Positions 9,640 to 21,810 of a DNA stretch of 64,000 nucleotides are shown piece by piece. The notes beneath the pieces are model-generated. The model ran no database searches and was not told the origin of the DNA. It saw only the letters and a list, made by a program, of their open reading frames with translations. Where the stretch lies: the NCBI GenBank assembly GCA_030390025.1, contig CM059432.1, positions 12,028,001-12,092,000 of the forward strand, in the 5' to 3' direction. A program made the translations under genes and the position numbers. This stretch comes from Squalus acanthias (lineage: Eukaryota). Position 1 is the first letter of the stretch. Each line of letters opens with the position of its first letter.

Positions 9640-11600
9640 AATCACTCGTTCCCTCCCTCTCACCCACCCTCTCACTCATCCACTCACTCACTTAATCGCC
9701 CACTCCCTCACACTCACTCACCCATTCACTCACTCCCTCTCTCACACTCTCTCACCCATTCACTCACTCCCTCTCTCACACTCTCTCCCCCATTCACTCA
9801 CTCCCTCTCTCACACTCTCTCCCCCATTCACTCACTCCCTCTCTCACACTCTCTCCCCCATTCACTCACTCTCTCTCTCACACTCTCTCCCCATTCACTC
9901 ACTCCCTCTCTCACACTCTCTCCCCCATTCACTCACTCCCTCTCTCACACTCACTCACTCACTCCCTCTCTCACACTCTCTCACCCATTCACTCACTCCC
10001 TCTCTCACACCCATTCACTCACTCCCTCACACTCCCTCTCTCCCTCACACTCCCCCTCTCACTCTCTCACACTCACTCCCCCTCACTCTCCCTCCCTCAC
10101 TCACTCTCCCTCTCATTCCCTCACACTCCCTCTCTCACTCTCCCTCACACCCATTCACTCACTCCCTCACACTCCCTCTCTCCCCCTCTCTCCCCCTCAC
10201 TCTCCCTCTCTCCCCCTCACTCTCCCTCTCTCCCCCTCACTCTCCCTCTCTCCCCTCACTCTCCCTCTCTCCCCCTCACTCTCCCTCTCTCCCCCTCACT
10301 CTCCCTCTCTCCCCCTCACTCTCCTCTCTCCCCCTCACTCTCCCCCTCACTCTCCCTCTCTCTCCCCCTCACTCTCCTCTCTCTCCCCCTCACTCTCCCT
10401 CTCTCTCCCCCTCACTCTCCTCTCTCTCCCCCTCACTCTCCCTCTCTCTCCCTCTCTCCCCCTCTCTCTCTCCCTCTCTCCCCCTCACTCTCCCTCTCTC
10501 CCCCTCACTCTCCCTCTCTCCCCCTCACTCTCCCTCTCTCCCCTCACTCTCCCTCTCGCCCCCTCACTCTCCCTCTCTCCCCCTCACTCTCCCTCTCTCC
10601 CCCTCACTCTCCTCCACTCCCTCTCTCTCCCTCTCTCCCCCTCACTCTCCCTCTCTCTCCCCCTCACTCTCCCCTCTCTCCTCCCTCTCTCCCCCTCACT
10701 CTCCCTCTCTCCCCCTCACTCTCCCTCTCTCCCCCTCACTCTCACTCACTCTCCCTCTCTCCCCTCACTCTCCCCCTCACTCTCCCTCTCTCCCCTCACT
10801 CTCCCTCTCTCCCCCTCACTCTCCCTCTCTCCCCCTCACTCTCCCTCACTCTCCCTCTCTCCCTCTCTCCCCCTCTCTCCCTCTCTCCCCCTCACTCTCC
10901 CTCACTCTCCCTCTCTCCCCCTCACTCCCCCTCACTCTCCCTCTCTCCCCCTCTCTCCCCCCTCACTCCCCCTCACTCTCCCTCACTCTCCCTCTCTCCC
11001 CCTCACTCTCCCTCTCTCCCCCTCACTCCCCCTCTCTCCCCCTCACTCCCCCTCTCTCCCCCTCACTCCCCCTCACTCTCCCTCTCCTCCCCCTCACTCT
11101 CCCTCTCTCCTCACTCTCCCCTCTCTCTCCCTCACTCTCCCTCTCTCTCCCTCACTCTCCCTCTCTCCCCCTCACTCTCTCCCCCTCACTCTCCCCCCCT
11201 CACTCTCCCCCCCCTCACTCTCCCTCTCTCCCCCTCACTCTCCCTCTCTCCCCCTCACTCTCCCTCTCTCCCTCTCTCCCCCTCACTCTCCCTCTCTCCC
11301 TCTCTCCCCCTCACTCTCCCTCACTCTCCCTCTCTCCCCCTCACTCTCCCTCTCACCCCCTCACTCTCCCTCTCTCTCCCTCTCTCTCCCCCTCTCTCCC
11401 CCTCACTCTTCCTCACTCTCCCTCTCTCCCCCTCACTCTCCCTCTCTCCCCCTCACTCTCCCTCTCTCCCCCTCTCTCCCCCTCACTCTCCCTCTCTCAC
11501 CCTCACTCTCCCTCTCTCCCCCTCACTCTCCCTCTCTCCCCCTCACTCTCCCTCTCTCCCCCTCACTCTCCCTCTCTCCCCCTCACTCTCTCCCTCACTG
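9640..11600. repeat. About 2-kb C/T-rich minisatellite (unit near CCCCCTCACTCTCCCTCTCT)
   Basis: Tandem 20-bp and about 32-34-bp units; + strand almost free of G. Confidence 0.95.
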
Positions 11601-13534
11601 TCGTCCATGTAGATGGGCCTCGGCTGTAATTTCCCATCAGCCTCAAATAGCCGACGACACTTGCTGTCTGAGGCTCACGCAGGAGCCTTGCATCGGCAAG
11701 GAGTCAAAGCTGTCGGAAAAGGAGAATATTGGTGAAGAACATGCTCAGTTATCCCCTTTCGAGGTTCCAGCAGCGTCACTGAACCTCAACTAATCTGTAG
11801 CGCACTGGTGCGGTAATTGGCGACAGCACCGTGTTGCTCCAATTTCCTCTGTGTGTAAAAGTATTTCTGGAAAATCCGATGTTCAGTCAGCAGAGCTGAA
11901 CATTATCACATTTTAGGGTCTTTTCTACCCTTCTTACTCTAGATTATTTTGGCTCTCGTATCTTAGATCACTCTCAATTGAGGCCAAATCCCCATACTTT
12001 CAAGAGTGTCTATCCTAACCTTGAGACCTAGATAAGCTTTCAGTTCTGTGCCTGTCATTGGAAACAGAAAACCCTGCCCGTGGGTTGTTTCTAAATGACT
12101 GGAATTTGTGGTGTTCTCTCTCCAGTCCTCGAAAGCGGTCGAGCATCAAAATAGACCTTGTTTTAATCTTAAACTATTACTAAACAGACAATGAATAAAC
12201 AGTTAATCTAACTGATACACAATTATGTATTTAGTGTAGAAAGTCTATTATCTATTTATTTTAAGTGGTAAAACAGTAAGAACCACAATCTAGTGGCAAG
12301 TTTATCTATTACAGTATTTTTTTATATAGACTTATTCCTTTTCTTTCTTGTCAGCTTTTATGACGAAGGGATCAAGTGAGTCTACCTTATGGGGAAAGAG
12401 CAGGGGGGAGTGGGACTAATTGGATCGCTCTTTCAATGAGCCGGCACAGGCACGATGGGCCGAATGGCCTCCTCCTGTGCTGTATGAAACTATGATTCCA
12501 TCATTCTATGATTATTTTTTTTCCCTATGAAGCTGGCAATAGGGCAGACTATCAACGACAAACTTGCTGAATGTACAGACCCAATCACTTCAATACCTTT
12601 CATTGGTTGCTCTGGCTTGTTTGAATTTTCATAACTGACCCTCGGATTCAATAATAGTTGGTTGTCATACTTTTAACTGAACAAATCTCACGGTTTCTGC
12701 TTCTTCAAAGGTGTGTTGCTTGTTCCCATCAAACCTGCGATTTGAGCAGTCTTGCAATGTATGTACCAAATTTCACTAGGAAATGGGTTTGTGTTTTTTT
12801 GTTAACTGCAGCTGGCTTTGAAATCTTGTGACTGGATTTAAAAGAGACAGGCATCAAGCCAAAAATACTACATTTTTGAACCCGACACTAATGAGTGTCA
12901 TTGAAGTGTTGCTTGTGAAGATCAAAGCTGCATTCATTCTACAAATAACGGTGCATCAGCATTTCCGCTTTGGAAACCACAATGATCATTTTCTATCTCT
13001 GAAGGACAATACTCCATTGCAACAGAAGCGCATTTTCATCACAAGTTGACGTTAAGCATAAAAGTGATTCACAGAACGATGCAGCACAGAAGGAGGCCAT
13101 TCGGCCCATCGAGCCTGTGCCGGCTCTTTGAAAGAGCTCTCCAATTCGTCCCACTCCCCCTCCGCTCGTTTCCCCATAGCCCTGCAAATTTCTCCCCTTC
13201 TTGTATGTTTTTCCCTTTTTAAGTATTTATTTAAGGATTGTGGTCAGCAAATGCCATTCCATATCACTATAGGTGTAGCTTCTGCAGTGCCCAGGTGACA
13301 CTCCTTTTTAATAGCGGATTAAGCTATCTTTTATGGCGGAGGCTTACGAATTATATAAAGCATTGGATGTTCCTCCCTAGGCCATTGCCCTGGCCCACTA
13401 AAGCTCTGATGTCTCTCTGAGAAGTCAGTGTGAACTGTGAAAGTTAGAGTGAGTGCTTGGGCCAGCCTAGCTCAGGGTCTGCACATGGCATTTTTCAGAC
13501 TTGCAAAATAATTTTTTGCCTGAATGGACCAGAC

Positions 13535-13882
13535 GAACTCAGGATGTCCCAAAGCACTTTACAGCCAATGAAGTGATCTTGAAATGTAGTCACTGTTGTA
13601 ATGTGGGGAATTGTGGCAGCAAATTTGCGCACAGCAAGCTCCCACAAACAGCAAATCGATACGAGACCAGATAACCTGTTTTTCAGTGATGTTTGATGAG
13701 GGATAATTTTTGGCCAGGACAGCGGGAGAACGCCCCTGCTCTTCTTTGTGTAGCGTCATGGGATCTTTTACATCCCCCCCCCCCCCACCCCGAGAGGGCA
13801 GACGGGGCCTCGGTTTAACGTCTCGTCCGAAAGACGGCACCTGCGACAGTGCAGTGCTCCCTCAGTACTGCACTGGGAGTGT
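13535..13882 (-). mobile_element. DeuSINE (SacSINE1-like), 5'-truncated
   Basis: Same sequence as the full-length copies at 37754 and 44165. Confidence 0.75.
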
Positions 13883-14754
13883 CCGTGAGAACCTTGTCGA
13901 TTCTTGGGCTACCTCCCTGTAGGCAAAGAGTAAATATGTCACGGTTTTATCCCAGTTCTTGAGGTTCTGCTCCGCACAGGAGAGCGTAGCACACAGATCG
14001 GTGTGCTGTTGAACCGCTTGTATCATCTGAGGATCGTATGGATTGGATCAAAGTTATTCTTTGGCACCATTGCCATAATTGAGTGACTAAGTGAAATGTA
14101 AAAATAGTTCCCTGATCAGACAAAATTTCTTCTGGGAATTCAGTTCAAGTGAGCGTGACATCTGCATGCATGGATGTGAAGGTTACCTCATCGGGATACC
14201 AGGATGTGTAGTCTATTATAGTTAATGTGTACCATTTCCCTGATTGACTTCTGTTGAACATCTAGGCAACAATATCAAAGGCCACAAATTTTGAAACATT
14301 TGTTAATAATAGGTACGGGCTGCAATAGAGCTCAGTTGCAGTTCCTGATATAATACCCAAGCTTTAACATTGGTCCCATCTTAACAAAATTCAGCATATG
14401 TCTTTTAGAGAAAGTAGGTCAATGAAACTATTCTGGCCTCTTGAGCATCCCCGATTTTAATCGCTCCAGCAGTGGTGGCCGTGCCTTCAGCTGCCAAGGC
14501 CCTAAGCTCTGGAATTCCCTCCCTAAACCTTTCTGTCTCTCTATCTCTATTTCCTCCTTTAAGGTGCTCCTTAAAACCTACCTCTTTGACCAAGCTTTTG
14601 GTCATCTGCCCTAATTTCTCTTTTATGTGGCTCGGTGTCAATTTTATTTTTGATAACGCTCCTGTGAAGCACCTTGGGACATTTTATTACGTTAAAGGCG
14701 CTATATAAATGTAAGTTGTTTAGCAACCTGTATTTTGTAGGTTTTTCTCCTGCA

Positions 14755-15290
14755 AGAGGGATATGAGGAAGGATGTTCTTGCCATGGAGGGACTGCAGCG
14801 AAGATTCACCAGACTGATACCTAGGATGGCAGGAATGACGTATGAAGAGAGATTGGGACGATTGGGCTTGTATTCGCTAGAGTTTAGAAGAATGAGAGGG
14901 GATCTCATTGAAACTTATAAAGTTCTAACAGGACTAGACAGACTAGATGCAGGAAGGATGTTCCCGATGGCGGGGGAGTCCAGAACCAGGGGTCACAGTC
15001 TAAGGATAAGGGGTAAGCCATTTAGGACTGAGATGAGGAGGAATTTCTTCACCCAGAGAGTGGTGAACCTGTGGAATTCTCTACCACAGAAGGCAGTTGA
15101 GGCCAATTCATTAAATATATTCAAGAAGGAGTTAAATATATTTCTTAAGGCTAAAGGGATCAAGGGATATGGGGAGAAAGCAGGGACAGGGTACTGAATT
15201 TGGATGATCAGCCATGATCTGATTGAATGGCGGAGCAGGCTCGAGGGGCCGAATGGCCTACTCCTGCTCCTATCTTCTATGTTTCTATGA
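14755..15290 (+). mobile_element. CR1 LINE 3' fragment
   Basis: ORF 14763-15197 is CR1 RT C-terminus (RRFTRLIP...FFTQRVVNLWNSLP) followed by the 3' UTR. Confidence 0.85.
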
Positions 15291-16014
15291 TAGGCAATCT
15301 TTTTGGTACACTTTTGGCGCCACTATTTGTCGGAACTCTTCCAGTTGCTGTTCCTCAACAGATTTGGAGTTGTAAAGCCAGACCAAATATGTCCTCAGAA
15401 CTAGTCCAGCCTGTTGGTTCAGGCTCTGTGTCTCCGATGCCATGGATGGCTCGAGCTTCTACCCCCTGTAATGTAGGGTCAGTCTGCTAAGCCTCTGCCA
15501 ACTCTTGGTGGTCTAGAATTACCTAGGTTTCCCTGGTTGACTGCTTCTCGTAGAATATTGTATGAAGGAAGGTTGTCTCTCTTGTAATGTTACATGGATT
15601 GACATCACAGTGGTAGTGGCAGTCTCCTCACCCCAAGACCTGGCTGTCACATGAGCTGAGTTTGCCACAGCGACCAGTACTACCACAAGATTGGAGTAGC
15701 TTGGCTCTGCAGCCTTTGCCTGCCTCTGAGTCACCATTAAAGCTTTCTTAGCTAAACCAGTCTTGGTGTCCCCATCATTCAAATCATTGCACAGAAAATC
15801 CTCGAATGGTATCAGAATGGATAGTCCTACTTTTCCTTTGAGTTCCCAACTATAAGTGGTGCTGTACCTGGACCTTGACCAGTGGTACATCAATTGACAC
15901 AGTGAGATTATGAATGTGGGTCGTCCTCCACCTTAAGTATTGGTTGTCTACTAGATGTGTGTGGTTGTTTCAATTTTAGGATACAGCCAGTAAAGAAAGG
16001 ACTTGCATTGATAT

Positions 16015-16335
16015 AAGCACATAAGAAATAGGAGCAGGAGTAGGCCATTCGGCCCTTCAAGCCATTCAATAAGATCATGGCTGATCTTCTACTTCATCTC
16101 CACTTTCCTGCCCTATCCCATATCCCTTGATGCCCCTAGTATCCAAAAACCTATCGATCTCTGCCTTGAATATACTCAACAACTGAGCATCCACAGCCCT
16201 CTGGGGTAGAGAATTCCAAAGATTCACCACCCTCTGAGTGAAGAAATTTCTCCTCATCTCAGTCCTAAATGGCCGACCCCTTATTCTGAGACTGTGACCG
16301 CTAGTTCTAGACTCCCCAGCCAGGGGAAACATTTT
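16015..16335 (-). mobile_element. CR1 LINE 3' fragment
   Basis: ORF 16075-16332 plus 3' UTR. Confidence 0.8.
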
Positions 16336-16559
16336 AGATATAGTGCCTTTTATTTCCTCAATGTTTCATTGTGCTTCACAGGCAACTAATTACTTTTGAA
16401 GTGTAATCACTAATCCTTCAGTGGTTTATTAATTTATTAGGACTGGGTGTAGGAATTCATCAAATATTATTGTACAGTCTGATGTCTTTTAATTTTCCTA
16501 TTGGTATTTCGGAATATTCATTGCTCGTACTGTGCCCCATTTTGGTTACAAGATTTTTT

Positions 16560-17832
16560 TAACATTTTCATATGGGATGTGGGCGTCGCTGGCAAGGCCA
16601 GCATTTATTGCCCATCCCTAGTTGCCCTCGAGAAGGTGGTGGTGAGCCACCCTCTTGAACCGCTGCAGTCCGTGTGGTGAAGGTGCTCCCACAGCGCTGA
16701 CTTTGTCATAGCGGTTTGCTACAACTGAGTGGCTTGCTAGGCCATTTCAGAGGGCAGTTAAGAATCAACCACATTGCTGTGGGTCTGGAGTCACATATTG
16801 GACCTTGAGGGAAGGAAATCTGCCGTCCTTACCCGGTCAGGCCATTAGTGAACCAGATGGGTTTTTAACGACAATCATGGTCACCTAGCGTTTTAATTCC
16901 AGATTTATTTAATTAACTGAATTTAAATCCCCCAGCTGCTGTGGTGGGATTTGATCTTATGGGCTGAATTTTCTCAAAGGAGACGTGCTGGAGGCGGGAC
17001 TTCTGGTTTCCGGGTTTCAGTCCCGCCCCCAGTGACGTCTGACCAACCCACGCTATTTTCCCTTGATTGGCCTTGTTAATTACCGGCCAATTAAGGGAAA
17101 GCCAGTGACAGATGACATCAGCATATGACGCTTAATCTGTCGAAAACTTTTTGACAGATGAATTATCAGCGTTTGACAGCTTTGAGAAGCTGTCAAACAT
17201 TGACAATCTCTGTTCTAAGGTGAGCCCTTGCACACAGGCTCACCAAGACCTCTCTCCTCAGCAGAAAGCAGATGGCTGCTGCATCTGAGAATGCAGCAGC
17301 CATTCTGTCATCTCTGCTGTTAAGATGAGGCACCTCTGCATCCTCAAAGGTTGAAGCCTGAAGGAAGAAGCAAAGGTAAGGAAACTTTTTCCAACACTTT
17401 ACACTCACCTCTCATACTTACCTGTCCACACTTGCACCCGTCACTCACCTCTACAGCTGACATATCGACCCCTCTCACCCCCGCAGACCCACTGCTCGCC
17501 TCGCTGACCCTGGCGGGGTTTCCCGATGTCGGGAAGCCGACATCAGCAGGCGTAAAATGGTGAAAAGCTTCTTAACTGCCCGTTAACTACCTGTTAACAG
17601 GCAGTTAATTGGCTCTAATCCCCTTCCCACCTCGAGGAGACCAGGAAGATGGTTCAGAGGCGGGTTGGGAGCGGGGTTGGGACCCCCTCCCAATTTTTCC
17701 CATTTTCCCAGCAGTCCCGCCTCCAAACCCGCCTCCTCAGGGCTGGTAAAATCCAGCCCCATGTCTCCAGATTATTAGTCTAGGCCTCAGGATTACTAGT
17801 CCAGTAACATAACCACTATGCTACCGTACCCC
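16560..17832 (-). mobile_element. tRNA-headed SINE (same family as 8345) interrupted by a MITE
   Basis: Head gggtacggtagcatagtggttatg on the - strand at 17760-17832; body and tail at 16560-16960. Confidence 0.75.
16961..17759. mobile_element. Non-autonomous DNA transposon (Harbinger-like MITE)
   Basis: TIR GGGCTGAATTTT / AAAATCCAGCCC; 3-bp flanks TAT and CAT; truncated relative at 55994-56190. Confidence 0.7.
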
Positions 17833-18166
17833 TATCTCTGTCGCCCTATGTTTTTTTTCCACTCCGTAGCAACCTCGAGGCTCTCGGGGGCTCTGCATAC
17901 TTTAGGCTTGGTTTGTCTCCCACCAGCTGACTGGTAGGAAGCCGACTACTTCCAGTTCCTCCGTGTCAGTCCAAAATTGAATAAGTGGAAATGTGGGGAT
18001 AGATGCACCTTCTTGGTAAGGGAGGATTTATAAAAACTGTCCCCCCCCATGGGCGATTAAATGGTTACGGGTAGATTATAGCTGTTCTATGGAATCAGCA
18101 GGTTTTTTGGGTTGAATGGCCTTTCTGCCTTCCATGCTGTTGTGCATAAAATCTCTCTCTTTCCAG

Positions 18167-18330
18167 GACTTACCCTCGACCGTATGAATATCTTAAAGCC
18201 TCTGAGTTGCCAAGGGTCTGGGATTGGCGCAACGTGAATAACACAAGCTATGTCAGTATCGCCCGTAACCAGCATATTCCTCAATACTGTGGCTCGTGCT
18301 GGGCCATGGGATCAACCAGCGCACTTGCAG
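18167..18330 (+). CDS. CTSZ: Cathepsin Z exon 2
   Basis: ttccag| [22 protein letters not shown]...[14 protein letters not shown] (HIP mini-loop and catalytic Cys) |gtgagt; 164 bp. Confidence 0.97.
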
Positions 18331-18496
18331 GTGAGTTTAAGCTGCAACACTTAGTTCCTGGTATCTGTTCTCCCACCCAACTCTCCTCGATCTTTGTTAA
18401 AGTAGCCATGATGCGGAGATGCCGGTGTTGGACTGGGGTGGACAAAAGTGAGAAGTCGCACAACACCAGGTTATAGTCCAACAGTTTTATTTGAAA

Positions 18497-18534
18497 TCAC
18501 AAGCTTTCGGAGCGGCTGCTCCTTCGTCAGGTGA
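18497..18534 (-). ncRNA. Minimal type I hammerhead ribozyme motif (left arm)
   Basis: TCAC-CTGACGA-A-GGAGC..GCTCC-GAAA-GCT-T-GTGA on the - strand. Confidence 0.7.
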
Positions 18535-18619
18535 AGTGAAGAAATACAAATGGGCACAGCATATATAAAATTGAGAGGTCGCACAACACCAGGTTATAGT
18601 CCAACAGTTTTATTTGAAA

Positions 18620-18661
18620 TCACAAGCTTTCGGAGCTATCGATTGCCCCTTCCTCAGGTGA
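18620..18661 (-). ncRNA. Minimal hammerhead ribozyme motif (inner element)
   Basis: TCAC-CTGAGGA-A-GGGGC..GCTCC-GAAA-GCT-T-GTGA on the - strand. Confidence 0.65.
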
Positions 18662-18991
18662 AGTAAATTAGATACAGAATCGCCAAAGCATATATAGATA
18701 GAGAACAAAGCATGTGTACCTTACAATTGCAGACCACTAAATTAAATCATCCTGACTATCTGCCGAGGTGTGATAAAGTTAATCAAGTCAGCCAGGAAGG
18801 TACCACATCAAAGACATAGCAAGATACAACTGAGACAATGAGGTGTAGTCGCAGGGGTTCTAACGTGTCAAAAGCTGCCGTCTGTATGTAAAACGAAAAG
18901 CTTTAAAATTTTTACTTTTTTACTGGGAAAATTTTAACTTTTTTACTGGGAATCACATCTGTGAACAAGCCAACGACGACTCGAGTCCGGA

Positions 18992-19237
18992 TCACGTCAT
19001 GTATCGTGACATAAACCCAAGATCCCGGTTGAGACCGTCTTCATGAGTGCGGAACTTGGCTATCAGTTTCTGCTCGATGATTTTGCGTTGTCGTGTGTTT
19101 CTAAGGTTGCCTTGGAGAACGCTTACCCGCAGATCCGAGGCTGAATGTCCTTGACTGCTGAAGTGTTCCCCGACTGGGAGGTAACAATCCTGCCTGGCGA
19201 TTGTTGCGCGGTGCTCGTTCATACGTTGTCTCAGTGT
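18992..19237 (-). pseudogene. Penelope GIY-YIG endonuclease C-terminal fragment
   Basis: MNEHRATI...PVGEHF...EQKLIAKFRTHEDGLNRD, with the H...E...GLN pattern of PLE endonucleases. Confidence 0.85.
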
Positions 19238-19600
19238 CTATAACCTGGTGTTGTGCGACCTCTCAATTTTGTCCACCCCAGTCCAACACCGGCATCTCCG
19301 CATCACAGCATATATAGACAGAGAACAATGCCTGTGCAGAGAACAATGCCAGACGACTACAGTTAATCTTTCTGACTGCCCTTTATCACACCTCGGCAGA
19401 GAGACAATCACAGCAATCAAATCCAACCAGGAGTTCTTTGATGTAATGTCTTCCTGGTTGGAGTTGATTGCTGTGATTGTCTCTCTGCCGAGGTGTGATA
19501 AAGGGCAGTCAGAAAGATTAACTGTAGTCGTCTGGCATTGTTCTCTGCACAGGCATTGTTCTCTGACTATATATGCTGTGCCCATTTGTATTTCTTCACT

Positions 19601-19638
19601 TCACCTGACGAAGGAGCAGTCGCTCCGAAAGCTTGTGA
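19601..19638 (+). ncRNA. Minimal hammerhead ribozyme motif (right arm; sense to CTSZ)
   Basis: TCAC-CTGACGA-A-GGAGC-AGTC-GCTCC-GAAA-GCT-T-GTGA. Confidence 0.7.
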
Positions 19639-19714
19639 TTTCAAATAAAGCTGTTGGACTATAACCTGGTGTTGTGTGACTTCTCACTCTTGTTAAAGTA
19701 AACAGCTGTGATGT

Positions 19715-20185
19715 GAAATAAAAAACAGCAAAGTGCCGGAAACACTCAGCAGGTCAGGCAGGATCTGCGGAGAGAGAGAAGCAGAGTTAACGTTTCGGGT
19801 CGGTGACCCTTTGGTCAGAACTGGAAAAAAGTTAGAGATGCAACAGGTTTTAGGCAGGGAAAGGGTGGGGTGGGGAGGGGAGGGGAGGAACGAACAGAAG
19901 GGAGGGTCTGTGATGGGGTGGAAGGCAGGAGAGATTAAATGACAAAAGGGGTGATGGTGCGAGGTGAAAGGGGGTGGTAATGGGACAAGTTAAGAAACAA
20001 AAGATGGGTCCGGAGGAGGTGGAAACAACAACAGCAGAACCATGACCAGCGCCTGCTGTCCGGCGAACTGGGAGCAGTGGTTCTGATCTGGAATTGTTGA
20101 ACTCAATGTTGAGTCCGGAAGGCTGTAAAGTGTCCAGTCGAAAGATGAGGTGCTGGTCCTCGGGCTTCCGCTGAGCTGAGATGGT
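19715..20185 (-). mobile_element. Second Penelope-like family 3' fragment
   Basis: - strand EDQHLIFRLDTLQPSGLNIEF (PLE endonuclease C-terminus); 3' region matches the 7997 and 47545 elements; hammerhead core mutated. Confidence 0.75.
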
Positions 20186-20653
20186 AGTGATGAGAAAAAG
20201 ACAACTTGTGGGCTGGGGGTGAAATTGCATCACTTTATGGTCGCTCAGAAATGGGAGGAGCCAATTTCAAGGTGTCTCCCATCAATATTTAATCCAGCTG
20301 AAGGGAGTCCTGAAATGTGGAAGATTGCGATCCTCTACGTCGGGTTCAGAGCCCGTTGGATGTACACAGCACTGCATTTCGTACAACCGATTGCAATGTG
20401 TCTCGCCCCGGATATCTCAGCTATATGAGATACCCTGATGTTTCTGTGTACCCTGACCCTGAATACACACTAATAAAAGAAGAAGTTGCATTTATGTAGC
20501 GCCTTTCACGACCTCAGGACGTCCCAAAGCGCTTCACAGCCACTGAAGTACTTTTTGAAGTGTAGTCATCCTTGTAATGTAGGAACGTAATGGGATTGTC
20601 TGCGGAAAAGGTTTTGCAGCGTGCAGCCGTCTGCTTTTATTTGGTTTCCACAG

Positions 20654-20833
20654 ATCGTATAAACATCAAGAGGAAAGGTGCTTGGCCGTCTGCATACTTG
20701 TCCGTCCAGAATGTTCTGGACTGCGGCAGTTCTGGCTCTTGCCATGGAGGAGACCATTTGGCAGTTTGGAGTTACGCTCACCATAACGGAATTCCAGATG
20801 AAACCTGCAACAACTACCAGGCTAAGGACCAAG
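20654..20833 (+). CDS. CTSZ: Cathepsin Z exon 3
   Basis: cag| [34 protein letters not shown]...[14 protein letters not shown] |gtatgt; 180 bp. Confidence 0.97.
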
Positions 20834-20882
20834 GTATGTTCTGGGCTCCTCCTAACTCTCTCTTTGACAAAAGCCCGAATTT

Positions 20883-20888
<6 letters not shown>

Positions 20889-20926
<38 letters not shown>
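20889..20926. repeat. (TG)n microsatellite
   Basis: Perfect TG run. Confidence 0.95.
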
Positions 20927-20927
<1 letters not shown>

Positions 20928-21088
20928 ACAAATACTTTTAAATAGACTTAAAATGTCAGTGTCGGGATTACTTTTATATTTTACTGTAGCTCTTCTTGGT
21001 CCAGAGGTCAGGTTAACTTTTTGCATGTAATCCCTTCATCATAACTGCAAACTAAAGGAGGTCATAAAAATGTTAGATAGAATTACAT

Positions 21089-21810
21089 CGGTCTGGAATT
21101 TGCGGCCAGCGGTGAAGTGACGGCGCTCGCCGCTGACCTCGAAGAAAGCTGCCCAAAAAGATCTCGCCATCTCTGGCGTCGCTTTCAGCTCTCCTGACCT
21201 TTGTTTGAATCTGGTGCCAATTCAAGCGAATCTCCAGCAACTAATACGCCATCAAGCAGGCTGAGCAGCCAATCACATTGAAGAATTATCACAGACAGCA
21301 AACCAGGAAGTAAAATGCACAGATTCTAATTTACTTTTTATAAGTTTTTGGGAGCGATTGGGACATACACATAGGATTAAAGTAGAAGCTGAAATATCAT
21401 AAACTTAAAAAAAAAATTTACAAACCATGTAATTCTTAATTATATTAATGGAAAAATTTGACATCCCACAAATAAAAAAATGAGTTTTTCAGGGCCAAAA
21501 CGGTTGTTCAGCCGTTAAAAACCCAGTTCCACCTCTTTCAACAAGGCTTAACTTCTTCGGCGATGTTTTAACAGTGATATTCCAGCATAATAGCAGAAGT
21601 TTTCGTCCTTCAGTGTGATTTGAATAGATTACTTGCTCTGGGGAGTTCCACAGCGCAACCTGTGGTGGAGCAGGGAACGACTGACCGCAACTTCTGGATT
21701 TTGGCGTTTAGCTGCGCATGTGCTAAATCCTGAGGTTGCGGCCAGTTTCAGAGGGGTAATGAAGGCGAACACTGACAGTTTCGCCGTCGTTACCACTAAT
21801 ATCCAGACCG
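21089..21810. mobile_element. MITE-like element
   Basis: Terminal inverted CGGTCTGGA / TCCAGACCG; internally similar to 23866-24479; no clear TSD. Confidence 0.6.

Larger units (their letters stand above)
18568..19303 (-). mobile_element. Inner 5'-truncated Penelope-like element with inverted terminal copy
   Basis: 13-bp TSD CACAGCATATATA (18555-18567 and 19304-19316); 18568-18599 is inverted at 19238-19269 and followed by the tail. Confidence 0.85.
18405..19689. mobile_element. Outer fold-back non-autonomous Penelope-like element
   Basis: 11-bp TSD TTGTTAAAGTA (18394-18404 and 19690-19700); inverted arms of about 240 bp; unpaired tail of about 35 nt at the left end; hammerhead motif in each arm. 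Confidence 0.8.

Noticed and set aside
9298..11793. 831-aa and 667-aa Ser/Pro/Leu/His-rich ORFs
   Set aside because: Artefacts of a C/T minisatellite that cannot form stop codons; they lie in CTSZ intron 1.
19238..19664. Mirror-image Cys-rich ORFs on both strands
   Set aside because: A consequence of the DNA palindrome; no recognisable domain.
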